From the IMG/VR virus record IMGVR_UViG_3300033997_000554, positions 1 to 57,963 of that record: a stretch of 57,963 nucleotides of DNA; one strand, 5' to 3'. The notes under the pieces are model-generated. The model was not told the origin of the DNA and searched no databases. It worked only from the letters and a program-made list of their open reading frames with translations. Positions 35,518-46,300 of this stretch are shown in pieces (the first letter of the stretch is position 1; every line of letters starts with the position of its first letter). This stretch comes from a virus (lineage: Duplodnaviria > Caudoviricetes). The translations under genes and the position numbers were made by a program.

Positions 35518-35826
35518 ATGCACCCTTGGGACTTCGGCAGTACCGTCACGGGCCACCATCTGGTGGCCCTTCTTTTTGTCGTCGCCAATTTCGCCACCGC
35601 CCTGCGCCTGGCCTGCTACCAGCGCCGCGGCGCGCGGTATCGCGTGGGTATGTCCGTGGTGGCCTATCTCATGGTGGTGCTGACTGGCGGCCAGGCGCTC
35701 GATGTGCTGGCGCGGCAGGGCGCGGTCAGCCCGTGGCAGCTGGGCCTGACGCTGCTGCTGGCCTTCCTGGTGTTCCGGGCCCGCGGCAACGTCGCCAACA
35801 TCGCCAAGCCGGCGCGGGCGAGGTAG
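35518..35826 (+). CDS. Putative holin (second)
   Basis: 3 TM helices, YQRRGARYR, RARGNVANI. Confidence 0.75.
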   Translation: MHPWDFGSTVTGHHLVALLFVVANFATALRLACYQRRGARYRVGMSVVAYLMVVLTGGQALDVLARQGAVSPWQLGLTLLLAFLVFRARGNVANIAKPARAR

Positions 35827-35828
35827 CG

Positions 35829-37484
35829 ATGCGGGAAGCGGAAAAGGCGTTCACGGGCATGCTGCCCAGGGTTGAGCCGCACCTGTTGCCGACCGGTGCC
35901 AGCCAGGACGTGCTGAACGCCAGCCTGCAGCGCGGCTCGCTGGTGCCGTACCGGGCACCGGACAAGGTCGCTGACCTGGCCAAGGTCGGCACGAAGCTGG
36001 CGATCTACCGCTTCGGCCGTTCGATCGATGACGACTCGCGCTACTGGTTCCACTGGCTGAACGATACCGATGTGGCGCGCGGCGCCATTCCGGACGACGC
36101 CCAGGAGCGGACCTATTTCACCGAGGCCGGCCAGCCGCCGCGGGTGACGGATTCGACCATGGCCACGACCGACGGCCAGATGCCGTCCGCCTGGTATCGG
36201 CTGGGCATCCCGGCGCCGACGTCGCGGGCCACCGTGACGGTCGCTCTGCAGCCCGATCCTCCCTCGGGCCTGGAGCGCCAGTCGTGCCTGCTGGCGTATA
36301 CCTTCGTGTCGGCCTGGGGCGAGGAGGGCCCGCCCAACGAGGTGAGCGACCCGTTCAATGCCGCCACCAACGACACCCTGAACGTGATCAACATGGAGGG
36401 GCCGCCGGCCGGCGAATACAACATCACGTTGAAGCGGCTCTACATCTCCACCACCGACGCCACTGGCACGGCCGTGCTGCGCTTCTGGAAAGAGGTGCCG
36501 GCGGGCGCCGTGACCTTTTCCGACAAGGTCGACTTCACCGAGCTGGGCGAGGCGCTGCCCGAGCGCGCGCTGGTGCCGCCGCCGGCGGACCTGTTCGGCC
36601 TGATGGCGCACCCCGGCGGGTTCATGATCGGATTTTCTGGCAAGCGGGTGTACCGGTCGGAGGTGTTCAAGCCCTTCGGTTGGCCCTACTACTCGCCGGT
36701 CGCCGACGAGATCGTAGGCGGCGCCATCATGGGCCAGGCCACGGTCGTGTGCACCAAGGGCGACACCTATCTGGCGACCCAGGCGGATCCGGTCACCCTG
36801 ACACCGGTGCGCCTGGACGGCAACCAGCCGTGCGTCGCCAAGCGCACCATCAGGGCGTTCAAGGGCGGCGTTGTCTACGCCTCTCCCGATGGCCTGGTCA
36901 TGGTCGATCAGGCCGGCGGCGTGGGCGTGGTGACCGAGGAGCTGCTGACCCGGGCGCAGTGGCAGGCCTACCGGCCGGCCTCGATGCATGCCAGCGTGCA
37001 CGACAACCGCTACTTCTGCTGGTTCGACACCGGTGCCGAGCGCGGCGGCCTGATTTTCGACCTGACGCGCGGCGCCATGTCGCTGACCCGTACCGATGTG
37101 TATGCCACGGCTTCGTACTCGGACGGCCGGCGCGATGAGCTGTTCCTGGCGCTGCCTGATGGCAACGTGCACAAATGGGACGGAGGCGCGGTGCCGCTGG
37201 CCATGCGCCGGGTGAGCAAACGATTCATCCTCGAGCGCGCCCAGAACATAGGCGCCGCCCAGGTGGTGGCCTCGGCCTATCCGGTGACCTTCCGGCTGCG
37301 GGCCACGATCGAAACGTCCGGCGGGCCGCTGGATGTGGAGGTGCAGCACCAGGTCACGAGCGGCCGGCCGTTCCGGCTGCGCGGAAACTATCGCGCCCGC
37401 AGCTACGAGTTCACCGTGGAAGGCGCCGCGGCTATTTCCGAGGTGACCGTGGCGTCGGTCCTGGGCAACGTCACGGCGGTCTGA
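35829..37484 (+). CDS. Tail nozzle / stabilization protein
   Basis: F.G..PR..P.LLP, YTFVS.WGEEGPP, C...R.I, V.YASPDGLV, RPFRL. Confidence 0.7.
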   Translation: MREAEKAFTGMLPRVEPHLLPTGASQDVLNASLQRGSLVPYRAPDKVADLAKVGTKLAIYRFGRSIDDDSRYWFHWLNDTDVARGAIPDDAQERTYFTEAGQPPRVTDSTMATTDGQMPSAWYRLGIPAPTSRATVTVALQPDPPSGLERQSCLLAYTFVSAWGEEGPPNEVSDPFNAATNDTLNVINMEGPPAGEYNITLKRLYISTTDATGTAVLRFWKEVPAGAVTFSDKVDFTELGEALPERALVPPPADLFGLMAHPGGFMIGFSGKRVYRSEVFKPFGWPYYSPVADEIVGGAIMGQATVVCTKGDTYLATQADPVTLTPVRLDGNQPCVAKRTIRAFKGGVVYASPDGLVMVDQAGGVGVVTEELLTRAQWQAYRPASMHASVHDNRYFCWFDTGAERGGLIFDLTRGAMSLTRTDVYATASYSDGRRDELFLALPDGNVHKWDGGAVPLAMRRVSKRFILERAQNIGAAQVVASAYPVTFRLRATIETSGGPLDVEVQHQVTSGRPFRLRGNYRARSYEFTVEGAAAISEVTVASVLGNVTAV

Positions 37485-37486
37485 CG

Positions 37487-38656
37487 ATGGCGACCTCTGC
37501 ACGATCCGGCCTGCGCTACGCGGACCTGCCGGCGATCGAGTCCGCCCGGCTGCCGGACAACCCGGCCGCGACGCGCGCGCTCGAGCAGATGCGCCTGACC
37601 CTGGCGACGCGCTTCGGGAAGGGCGGCCAGGCCGTCGACAAGGCGGTGACCTGGGGCGACCTGGTCGAGAACGGCATCGTCACGATGCGCGGTGCCGATG
37701 GCAGGCCCATCCTCATTAAGAATCCAGGGGGCACGTTCCAGCCCAGCACGCCGCCCGTGGTCGACGGCATCCCGCCGGCGCCGACCGGATTCAAGGCGAC
37801 GCCCGGCCTGGGCACCGTGGTGCTGGAGTGGGACAAGCCGAATTTCGCCTACTTCGGCTATGCGGAAATTTTCCGGGGCACGACCGACAACCAGGCGCAG
37901 GCGCAAAGCGTCGGCCAGACCACCGGCTGGGTGTATGCGGATCCGGTAGGCGGCGCCACCGCCACCACCTATTTCTACTGGGTGCGGTTCGTGTCCGTCG
38001 GCGGCAAGGTGGGGCCGTTCAACGCCGTGGGCGGCACGACCGGCGCCGTCTCGCTGGACCCTGCCTACCTGATCGACGTCCTGTCGGCCGCCGGCGACCC
38101 GAAGGCGCTGCTGTACGAGATCCCCGAGCCGACGGAAATCAACGGCGTGCCGGTGCCGGCCGGCATCTACATGCGCGACCTGTACGTCGCAAACGGCTCC
38201 ATCTCCAACGCCAAGCTGGGCAACGCTTCGATCACCGACGCCAAGATCGCCTACCTGTCGGCGGCCAAGGTCACATTCGGGGAAATGAGCGGTGATCGCA
38301 TCGCCGTGAACAGCCTGAACGCGGACCGGCTGACGGTGGCGTCGCTGTCCGCGCGCCTGGCCGTCATCACGACCGCCTACGTCAAGACGGCCAACATCGA
38401 GGACGCGGCGATCACCAACGCGAAGATCGCCAACCTGAGCGCCGACAAGATCACCGCCGGCGTGCTGAACGCTGCGCGCATCGCCGCGGGTTCCATCACG
38501 GCGGACAAGCTGAATGTGGCCAGCCTGTCGGCCATCACAGCCACGATTGGCCTGCTGCGCACGGCGGTCAGCGGCGCCCGCCTGGAGATCCGCGACAACC
38601 TGCTGCTGGTGTACGACGCCAACAACGTGCTGCGCGTGCGTCTGGGGATCTGGTAA
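37487..38656 (+). CDS. Tail tip protein with FN3 domain and J-like C-terminus
   Basis: PPAPTG, YYWVRFV-like FYWVRFV, ITNAKI/SADKI repeats, VYDANNVLRVRLGIW. Confidence 0.8.
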   Translation: MATSARSGLRYADLPAIESARLPDNPAATRALEQMRLTLATRFGKGGQAVDKAVTWGDLVENGIVTMRGADGRPILIKNPGGTFQPSTPPVVDGIPPAPTGFKATPGLGTVVLEWDKPNFAYFGYAEIFRGTTDNQAQAQSVGQTTGWVYADPVGGATATTYFYWVRFVSVGGKVGPFNAVGGTTGAVSLDPAYLIDVLSAAGDPKALLYEIPEPTEINGVPVPAGIYMRDLYVANGSISNAKLGNASITDAKIAYLSAAKVTFGEMSGDRIAVNSLNADRLTVASLSARLAVITTAYVKTANIEDAAITNAKIANLSADKITAGVLNAARIAAGSITADKLNVASLSAITATIGLLRTAVSGARLEIRDNLLLVYDANNVLRVRLGIW

Positions 38657-38946
38657 TGCCGGCCGGCATCGAAACCTACGGGCCCAATGGGGCGGTCCTG
38701 ACGTCCTACCTGAGCAAGATCAGCCGGCAGTACGGAAAGGTCGCCACAGGCACGTCGGACGGGGCGCACTCCGATGGCCGGCTGGCAGAGGGCGGTGAAC
38801 CCTGGTTTGCGACCCTGCCGCAAGGGAACCCGGCGAGCGTCAATGCCCCATTCGTCTGGCGCGACGGCATCACCCTTCGGTGGAAATTCCTGGAGGACAT
38901 GCCGGGCGACAGGGCGACCGCCACCATCATCTACGGGGTGCGGTGA
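38656..38946 (+). CDS. Small tail-tip-associated protein
   Basis: MPAGIETY..NG, ends IIYGVR; coupled to the tail tip gene. Confidence 0.7.
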   Translation: MPAGIETYGPNGAVLTSYLSKISRQYGKVATGTSDGAHSDGRLAEGGEPWFATLPQGNPASVNAPFVWRDGITLRWKFLEDMPGDRATATIIYGVR

Positions 38947-39591
38947 ATGGCTGCCGGCTTTCAACTGCTTTCCGGCGCCAGCGAGCTGATCGTGGACAGC
39001 TCGTCCATCAACATGTTCCTGCGCCACGCCGGCGTGGCCAGCAACGCGGCAGCGGTGGCGGCCATCGACCCCGTCTTGTTCTTCCGGCCGGTGGGCGAGG
39101 CCTGCTATCTGGCCTGGGCCAATCTCTCGGGCGGCACGCTGGAGTTTGCGTTCAACAATCCGGCCGAATACTACGTGTTCGACCGACCGGTGACCCCGAG
39201 CTACCTGGATGCATTCAACGAGTCGGGATCGCAGATTTTCACGGCGGCGCAGCGCCCGCTGAACGTCATCGGCAGCGTGAACATCCCCGACTACTACACC
39301 GCCTACCGGCTGGCATATCGGGACGGCTGGACCTACAGCGGCCTGGTGTCTGGCAAGTACGCCTACAACCAGGCCTTCGTCCGGCAGGGCTACAACTCGC
39401 TGCCGGGCGTGACGGGCTGGGAGACCTATCTCATGGCCGAAGCGCTGCAGGCGACCGCGAACGGCTTCTGGGCGGGCTTCCCGCAGTTCGGCGTGCGATT
39501 CCTGGGCTGGAGCCCGACCCGCACCAACACCTTTATCTCGTATGCACCCAGCCCGCAGGTGTCGATCATCGACGTGGCCGGGATTCTCTAA
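38947..39591 (+). CDS. Tail-tip-associated protein (possible receptor binding)
   Basis: MAAGFQL, YYVFD, F...G..IF, ends IIDVAGI. Confidence 0.7.
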   Translation: MAAGFQLLSGASELIVDSSSINMFLRHAGVASNAAAVAAIDPVLFFRPVGEACYLAWANLSGGTLEFAFNNPAEYYVFDRPVTPSYLDAFNESGSQIFTAAQRPLNVIGSVNIPDYYTAYRLAYRDGWTYSGLVSGKYAYNQAFVRQGYNSLPGVTGWETYLMAEALQATANGFWAGFPQFGVRFLGWSPTRTNTFISYAPSPQVSIIDVAGIL

Positions 39592-39612
39592 CCAACCGCT
39601 GGCAAGGACGAC

Positions 39613-39900
39613 ATGCAAAAGGAAATCGAAAACGCGATCTTCTCCAACGTGGGGAACCGCATCACCCAGGAGCTGGCCATGGGCCTGGTGATGAGTCTGC
39701 TGCAGGTGGCGCAGCAGGCCGTCGAGGCCGCCCGCAGCGAGGCGTTGTCGGCCGCGGCGTCCATGGTGCCGCCGGCCGCGGCGGCGCAGGGGGCGGACGA
39801 AGCTGGCGCCATCGACCCGGCCTATGCCCGCAAGGCCGAGGTGCCTGCCCCTCGCCGGCGGGCGACCACGCCCACCAAGACCACGAAGGCGCGCCGATGA
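39613..39900 (+). CDS. Hypothetical protein
   Basis: NVGNRITQELA.GL motif; AAGGA RBS. Confidence 0.65.
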   Translation: MQKEIENAIFSNVGNRITQELAMGLVMSLLQVAQQAVEAARSEALSAAASMVPPAAAAQGADEAGAIDPAYARKAEVPAPRRRATTPTKTTKARR

Positions 39901-40370
39901 GCGCGCCTTTTTTTGACCAGGCGACGGCGCTGCGCTGGATGCGCGGCAACGCCAGCGCGGTCGAGTTCCTGCGCACGGCGTTCGACGTGGCGCATTTCTG
40001 GGACGACCTGATCGACCGCGACAGGATTCTCAGCGATGCCGATATCAACCGCGCCATGTTCCAGGCGCTGGTGGTGCTGCCGCGCAATGCGTTCTACCAG
40101 GCCAATTTCGCAAGCCTCAACGCGGTGCTGGCGAACGCCGCGACCAACTGGACGATCGCCACGGATCTGGAGCGCGCTGGCGGCGTGGCCGGCAAGCGCA
40201 CCGCCTATGTCCTGCGCGCCTCCTACGTCGACCTAGTGACCTACTGCGCGCTGCTGCTGGGCGGCATGGATTGGGCGCGCGCGGTGGGGGTGGAGCTGCG
40301 CCAGCTGGCTGAACCGTATCCCGAGTACTTGACCAACCTGGAGGCCGAGAAGGCCGCACGAGGTGACTGA
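39897..40370 (+). CDS. All-helical protein with a DDxxD motif
   Basis: HFWDDLIDRD, LP.N.FY; ATGA-coupled. Confidence 0.75.
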   Translation: MSAPFFDQATALRWMRGNASAVEFLRTAFDVAHFWDDLIDRDRILSDADINRAMFQALVVLPRNAFYQANFASLNAVLANAATNWTIATDLERAGGVAGKRTAYVLRASYVDLVTYCALLLGGMDWARAVGVELRQLAEPYPEYLTNLEAEKAARGD

Positions 40371-40371
40371 G

Positions 40372-41559
40372 ATGGGCTGCATGTCCACGGAAGTGAAACA
40401 GGATCCGGCCGTCGGCCGGGCCCAGGAAGCCAATGCCCAGATCGGCATGCGCGCCCAGGATCTTGCCGAGCGCAATTTCGAATGGAACCAGCAGCTGACG
40501 GAGCAGTTCGCGCCGATCTACCAGGGGCTGCTGAACAATGCGCTGGGCGAGGCCAACAAGAACGCGCAGCGCGGCGACGATCAATGGAATCAGTACAAGT
40601 CCGTATTCCAGCCGATCGAGAACAAGATGGCCGAGGAGGCCATGAACTACGACAGCCCGGAGGAGATCGCGCGACGCGAAGGCCTGGCCGCGGCGACCGT
40701 GGGCAGGCAGTTCGACAACACCCAGGCGCAGACCTCGCGCGAGATGGCTCGCATGGGCGTTTCGCCCACCAGCAGCTTGGGCAGCACCGCCATGACGGAT
40801 CAGGCCAATGCGCGGGCGCTGGCCACCGCGGGCGCGGTCAACAAGGAGCGCAACGACACCAAGCTGCTGGGCATGAGCCTGCGCGAGAACGCGGCGAAGT
40901 TCGGCCGGAACCAGACCGGCACCGGCATAGCGGCGTCGCAGGCGGCCCTGCAGGCGGGGAACTCCGCCACCGGTGTGATGGGGGCGCAGTCGGCCCAGGG
41001 CAATGCCGCGGGGACGGGGCAGGGGCTGCTGGGGACTGCAAGCGGTGCATTCAATTCCATGGGGCAAATGGGGCTCAACCAGATGCAGATGCAGCAGAAC
41101 GCGAACTCTGCCAGTCAGGCTGGCCTCGGTTCGCTGTTGGGCACTGGGCTGATGGCTGGCGCCATGGCGTTCTCGTCGAAGGAATTGAAAGAGGACGGGG
41201 AACCGCTGGACGACGACGAGGCACTGGCCGGCCTTACGAAAGTACCGGTAGAGCGGTGGAAATATCGCGCCGGCGTGGCGGATGGTGGGGAGCACGTCGG
41301 TCCCTACGCCGAGGACATGCACGCGCAATTTGGTGACGAGGTCGCCCCGGGCGGGGTTGGCCTGGACATGATCAGTGTGAGCGGGCAGCACCACGCCGCG
41401 ATTCGGGCGTTGGCGAAAAAGGTGGATCGACTGGAACGGCGACGTGCCAAGCCCGGCCTGGTGCCCGTTGCGGCGCCCGCGGAAGAAGGGGGCGGTGCAT
41501 TGCCGCCGGCGTTGTCGGGCGACTTGTCGGCCGGCCTGATTGGACTGGAGAGGATCTGA
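40372..41559 (+). CDS. DNA ejection/pilot-like protein with C-terminal S74-type chaperone domain
   Basis: Gln/Ala/Gly-rich helices, hydrophobic GSLLGTGLMAGAMA, then FSSKELKED...W.Y...HVGPYAED plus coiled coil. Confidence 0.7.
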   Translation: MGCMSTEVKQDPAVGRAQEANAQIGMRAQDLAERNFEWNQQLTEQFAPIYQGLLNNALGEANKNAQRGDDQWNQYKSVFQPIENKMAEEAMNYDSPEEIARREGLAAATVGRQFDNTQAQTSREMARMGVSPTSSLGSTAMTDQANARALATAGAVNKERNDTKLLGMSLRENAAKFGRNQTGTGIAASQAALQAGNSATGVMGAQSAQGNAAGTGQGLLGTASGAFNSMGQMGLNQMQMQQNANSASQAGLGSLLGTGLMAGAMAFSSKELKEDGEPLDDDEALAGLTKVPVERWKYRAGVADGGEHVGPYAEDMHAQFGDEVAPGGVGLDMISVSGQHHAAIRALAKKVDRLERRRAKPGLVPVAAPAEEGGGALPPALSGDLSAGLIGLERI

Positions 41560-43340
41560 TGGCGATGAATGGAAGCTTTGCGGGTGGCCTGGCCGATGGC
41601 CTGCGCAATGGGATGGCAATCGCCCAGGCTTATGACGTGTCCAAGGATCGGGCGCGCGAACGTGAGGAGGCCGACCGGCAGAAGCGTGTGAACCGGGAGA
41701 TTGCCGCGGCGATGGGAGGAACCCGCGACCAACTGCAGGCACCTGCGGGGCTGGAGCCGGTGCAGGGACCGCAGGCGGTGGCTGCTGGGGACGCGATGGG
41801 AGGCGGGCCAGGCCTGCAGCCTGTCGCTACCAGCGCTCCGGTAGCGCCGGCCACGGCAACCGCCCAGTCGTTGGGGCTGGCCGATGTATCGACGGGCGGG
41901 GCGGGCTTGGGCGCTACCCAGGCCGGGCTGCCGAGTGCCGGGCAATCGGCCGCAATGGCGCAAAAAAAAAGTCCTTCGCCCGTTGATTACCTCGGGGCGG
42001 GTGATTTCGGAGAGGTCGCGGACGGACTGACGCGGGCATATCGGAAAGCCCTGGAGCTGGGAGAGCCAGGCCGAGCCATGGAACTGCTGGCAGATCGCGA
42101 GAAATACGTCGGCCAGCACCGAGAACAGGCCTTTGCTGCGGCGCAGGGACGCTACCAGCTGACCGGCGATCCGAACGCCTATGTCCCCTTCGTGAACCGC
42201 TTCATGCCGGGAGGCATCGAGGTGAAGGCGATCAATCGCCGTAGTGAACAGGCCGGAGGCGCGCCGGTGTACGACTTTGTCGGCGTGGACACCGTGACCG
42301 GCAAGCCGGTGCAGCAGCCTATCACCGAGAACATGTTGCAGACCTTCGTGCGCAGCATCAGCGACCCGAAGGCGCAGCAAGCGATGGTGGCGCAGCAGGC
42401 GAAGCTGCTTTTCGATGCCGAGCAGAAGCGCCGCGAGCAGGTGCTGGCCAGTCAGCTGCGCAAGGATGAGGAGGCGGCCAAGCCTCGCATTCTGGGGAAA
42501 GACCAGACGCTGTACACGCCCGACGGCCAGGGCGGCCTGCGCGTCGGCGCGCAGGGCAGCGAGGCCGGCAAGCCGAGGATGACGACCTCCGACAAGGATT
42601 TCGCCAACCACGTCATGCGCATTTTCAAGGTGGACAGCTTGGACGGGCTGGGCGATGACCAGCGCAAGTTGGTGAGCGGCATCATCGCCACCGGCGAGAA
42701 CATCAACCGCCTGAATGCCGGCACGCCAGCCGGCGAGGTACTGACGGCGGGGAACCTGGCGGCGCTGGCCCAGCAGGTGCAGGACGGCACCGCCGAAATC
42801 ACGCCTATCCGGCTGGGCGATCGACAGTTCGGCTTTGGTGTTGAGCACGAGGGCCAGCTGGTGCGCCTACCGGTGTCCGTCGTGCCCAAGGCGGTGCAGG
42901 AGCAAATCCGGGCGCGCTTGGTGGCAGCGCCTGCTCAGGGTGAAGGCCAGGCGGCGCCGGCCGCGGCCGCTCCGGCCGATGCATCTCGGCCAGCACAGCC
43001 GGTGCCGAGTGTGGCCAAGCCAGCGCCGGCCGGCCGCGCCGCGCCTGCTGCCGCCAACCCCCGAGCGGCTGCGGCCGACAGCGCAGAGGGGGCTCAGCTT
43101 GATACCGCCCGCGCCGAGCTGCGCCAGGCACAAGCCCTCGTGCGCCAATTGCGCTCCAGCCCGCCCGGATTGAAAGCCGGCCAGGAGGCGCGTGCGAGGC
43201 ACGCTGCGCAGCTGCAGCAGGCCGAGCGCGATGTCGAGCTGGCCCGCGTGGCCGAGCAGGCCGCGGCCGAACGCTGGGCCCGTGCCACCGAGGGATCCGA
43301 ATTCACGCGCGCCGCCATGGGCCGCACCACCGCAGAATAG
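41559..43340 (+). CDS. Internal virion / ejection protein
   Basis: GSFAGGLADGL N-terminus, Ala/Gln-rich; position before the giant virion protein. Confidence 0.7.
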   Translation: MAMNGSFAGGLADGLRNGMAIAQAYDVSKDRAREREEADRQKRVNREIAAAMGGTRDQLQAPAGLEPVQGPQAVAAGDAMGGGPGLQPVATSAPVAPATATAQSLGLADVSTGGAGLGATQAGLPSAGQSAAMAQKKSPSPVDYLGAGDFGEVADGLTRAYRKALELGEPGRAMELLADREKYVGQHREQAFAAAQGRYQLTGDPNAYVPFVNRFMPGGIEVKAINRRSEQAGGAPVYDFVGVDTVTGKPVQQPITENMLQTFVRSISDPKAQQAMVAQQAKLLFDAEQKRREQVLASQLRKDEEAAKPRILGKDQTLYTPDGQGGLRVGAQGSEAGKPRMTTSDKDFANHVMRIFKVDSLDGLGDDQRKLVSGIIATGENINRLNAGTPAGEVLTAGNLAALAQQVQDGTAEITPIRLGDRQFGFGVEHEGQLVRLPVSVVPKAVQEQIRARLVAAPAQGEGQAAPAAAAPADASRPAQPVPSVAKPAPAGRAAPAAANPRAAAADSAEGAQLDTARAELRQAQALVRQLRSSPPGLKAGQEARARHAAQLQQAERDVELARVAEQAAAERWARATEGSEFTRAAMGRTTAE

Positions 43341-43349
43341 AGGGAATAG

Positions 43350-46300
43350 ATGGAAAACTTTGAAAATCCCGCTGACGGGATCGAGTTCAAAGACAACGTG
43401 GCAGCGCGCCGCGATCAGGTCCGCGCCGACCTGGATGTCCAGTTCTCGGACGCCGGTGCGCCGGCGGGCGCCACCGGCAAGCCCTTGCCGTTCACTTTCC
43501 GCGTAGCCGACTACACGCGGGCGCAGCAGGATGGCGGCGGCATTGAGTTCGTCGACTTCCCCAAGACGCTCGCCGGCGGCGCGATCAAGGGCGCCGGCAG
43601 TGCCGTGCGCGGCGTGGGGAAGGTTGCCGAAGGCCTGGGCCGTGTCGGCGTGACGGCGGTGAACCAGGCCTTTGATGCTGGCCTGGAAATCCCGACCAAC
43701 CCCCTGGAGGGGGCGGCGGATGCAACGCATCGCCTGGGCGAACGCGTGCTGGATTCGCGCACGGCAGAGGCGAAGCGCCGTGAGGCCGACTCGCAGCCGG
43801 GCGGCGACCTGGACAAGCCAGAAACCTGGACGCTGGGCCGCGACCCGTCAGCATCGGGCTTGGCCCTGCAGGCGCTGAACGCCGGCGGTTCCAGCGCGCT
43901 GCCTGTCCTCGCGTCGGTGGCTGCCGGCCCCTTGGGGGTCGGGGCCCGCATGGCCGCAGGCGCTGCTGCTGGCGGCGCCATGGGCGGCGGCAATGCGATC
44001 GAGCAGGCGCGAGAAACGATCGACGGCCTGGACGACCAGCAACTGGCCGCTGCATCGTCCGCATATCGAGATCTGATCGCGCAGGGCGTGACGCCGGAGG
44101 AAGCGCGCGCCCGGGTGCGCGCCGACGCCGAGAATGCCGCATTCGTGCGCACGCTGCCTGTGTCCGCCGTCGGCGGCGCGGCGACCGGCCGGATCCTGTC
44201 GCCGGCGGGCCGCGTGCTTGGCGATCGCGGCGTGGTGGCGCAGACCCTGGGCAAGGCCGCCTTGGCCGGCACCGAGGAAGCCGTCCAGGAGGTCGGCGAG
44301 GGCTATGCCACCCAGAAGGGTATCAACGCCGGCGCGGGCATGGCGCTGGACCCGATGGCCGGGTCTTTCGGCAACGCGGCGCTGGGCTTCGTCGCAGGCA
44401 TGGGGCCGGGCGCTGTGCATGGCGCAACCGAAGGCGTGCGCCACCGCGGCGTGCCGTCGGCGCCGAGCCTCGAGGCGGGCGACGTGATGCACGCCAGCGG
44501 CAAGCCGTTCGTGACGGCCAGCGCCGCGCGCCAGCGTGCCGAGGAGCTGGGGGAGTGGGCGCAGGTGCTGCGCTACGAAAACGGGTTCATCGTGCGGCCT
44601 GGGGCGGCGGTCGACCAGCAGGCCGCTGGCGCCGCGCCGACGGCAGCTGAGGGCAGCGGCGGCACCGAGGGCGCGCCGGCTGCCACGGACACGGCGAATG
44701 CAGACGGCCAGGCCGCAGGCTTCGCGCCGCGCCAGCAGGTCTACCTGCGGCAGAACGGCCGCGAGCTGCCCGTCGAGTTCCTGGGCGTGGAGAGCAACGC
44801 CGCGACCGCGCGCGCCGGCGGTGAACAGCTGGCCCGAATCCGGACGGCCGACGGCCGCGGCCGCTTCGTGCGGCTGTCTGAACTGTTCGCCGAGCCCATG
44901 CCGGGCAACTCGCTGCGCCAGGCCATGGACGGGCCGGCGGCGCTCGAGGGGCCGGAGGCCTTTCCCGTGCTGGACGGGCCGATCCAGCGCGCGGCATTGC
45001 CGGCGCCGGACGGGTATGCCGCTGGCGAGGGCTTCGTCGCCCGCGACTCGTGGCGCATGCCCGCCAACGCGCCGCGCGGGATCCGCAACAACAACCCCGG
45101 CAACATCCAGAGGGGCGCCGGCTTTCAAGGTGAAGTCGAGGGCAATGATCCGCGCTTTGCCACCTTCGCCACGCCGGAGGATGGTATCCGCGCGATCGGG
45201 ATGAACCTGCTGACCTACCAGCGCCAGCACGGTCTGGACACCGTGCGGGGAATCTTGAACCGGTGGGCGCCGCCGTCTGAAAACGACACCGGCGCATATG
45301 TGGGCCAGGTGGCGCGCGCGCTGGGCGTGGAACCCAACCAGCAGCTGGATCTGAGCGACCCGGCGACGCTGACCGGGTTGACCGCCGCCATCATCCGCCA
45401 CGAGAACGCCATGCAGCCTTACAACGCGGCGCAGCTGGAGGCAGCGGTAAGCGCCGCGCTGTCCGGTGCGCCGGTGCGGCGCGCGTTGCCGGCCCCGGTC
45501 TATCAGGTCGACGGCGAGGGCGTGGCGGCCACCGCCGGCCAGCGTGACGCCGAGCTGGCGCGCCAGGCGGCTATGGGCATGACGCCCGATGTCGCGGCCG
45601 CCGGCGAGCGCCACCCCGGCGCGGCAACCGACGCCGCAGCCCACGAGGCGGCCACGTCGCCGACGAACGACCGCCCCGAGCCGACCGACGCCCAGAAGGA
45701 TGCCGGCAACTACAAGGTCGGGCGCACGCGCATCGCCGGCCTGGATATCTCGATCGAGAATCCCGAGGGGTCGGAGCGCCGCGGCACGTCCCCTGACGGC
45801 ACCAGCTGGGCCAACCGGATGGCGGGCCACTATGGTTACATCCGTCGGACTCAGGGCGCCGACGGCGACCAGGTGGACGTATTCGTTCGCCCTGGCACCA
45901 CGCCCGATTTCGCCGGCCCGGTGTTCGTCATTGACCAGGTCGATCCTGCTGGCGGCCGGTTCGATGAAGCGAAGGTGATGCTGGGCTACGACACCCGCGA
46001 GGACGCCGAGCGCGCCTACCGCGACAGCTACACGCCGGACTGGCGTGGCATGGGCAAGATCACCCAGATGGACGTGCCCACGTTCAAGCGCTGGATCGAC
46101 GAAGGCGACACGACGAAGCCCGCGTCGGAATCCGGCCTGGGTACGCTGGTGGCCGAGCCCGACATTACCGCCAAGGGGGGCCGCCCCTTCCTGACCCGTG
46201 GCGCGGCCCAGCGCGCCGCCACGCTGCACGGGAATGCCGACGTCGAACCGGTGGATGGCGGCTTTGTGGCGCGGCCGCGCACCGGCCAACCCCCGCGCGA

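Noticed and set aside
38190-38545. ITNAKI/SADKI peptide repeats in the tail tip
   Set aside because: Common structural repeats in phage tail-tip proteins
33410-39591. Diversity-generating retroelement or invertible tail-fibre cassette
   Set aside because: No reverse transcriptase, invertase or TR/VR repeat pair seen in the window
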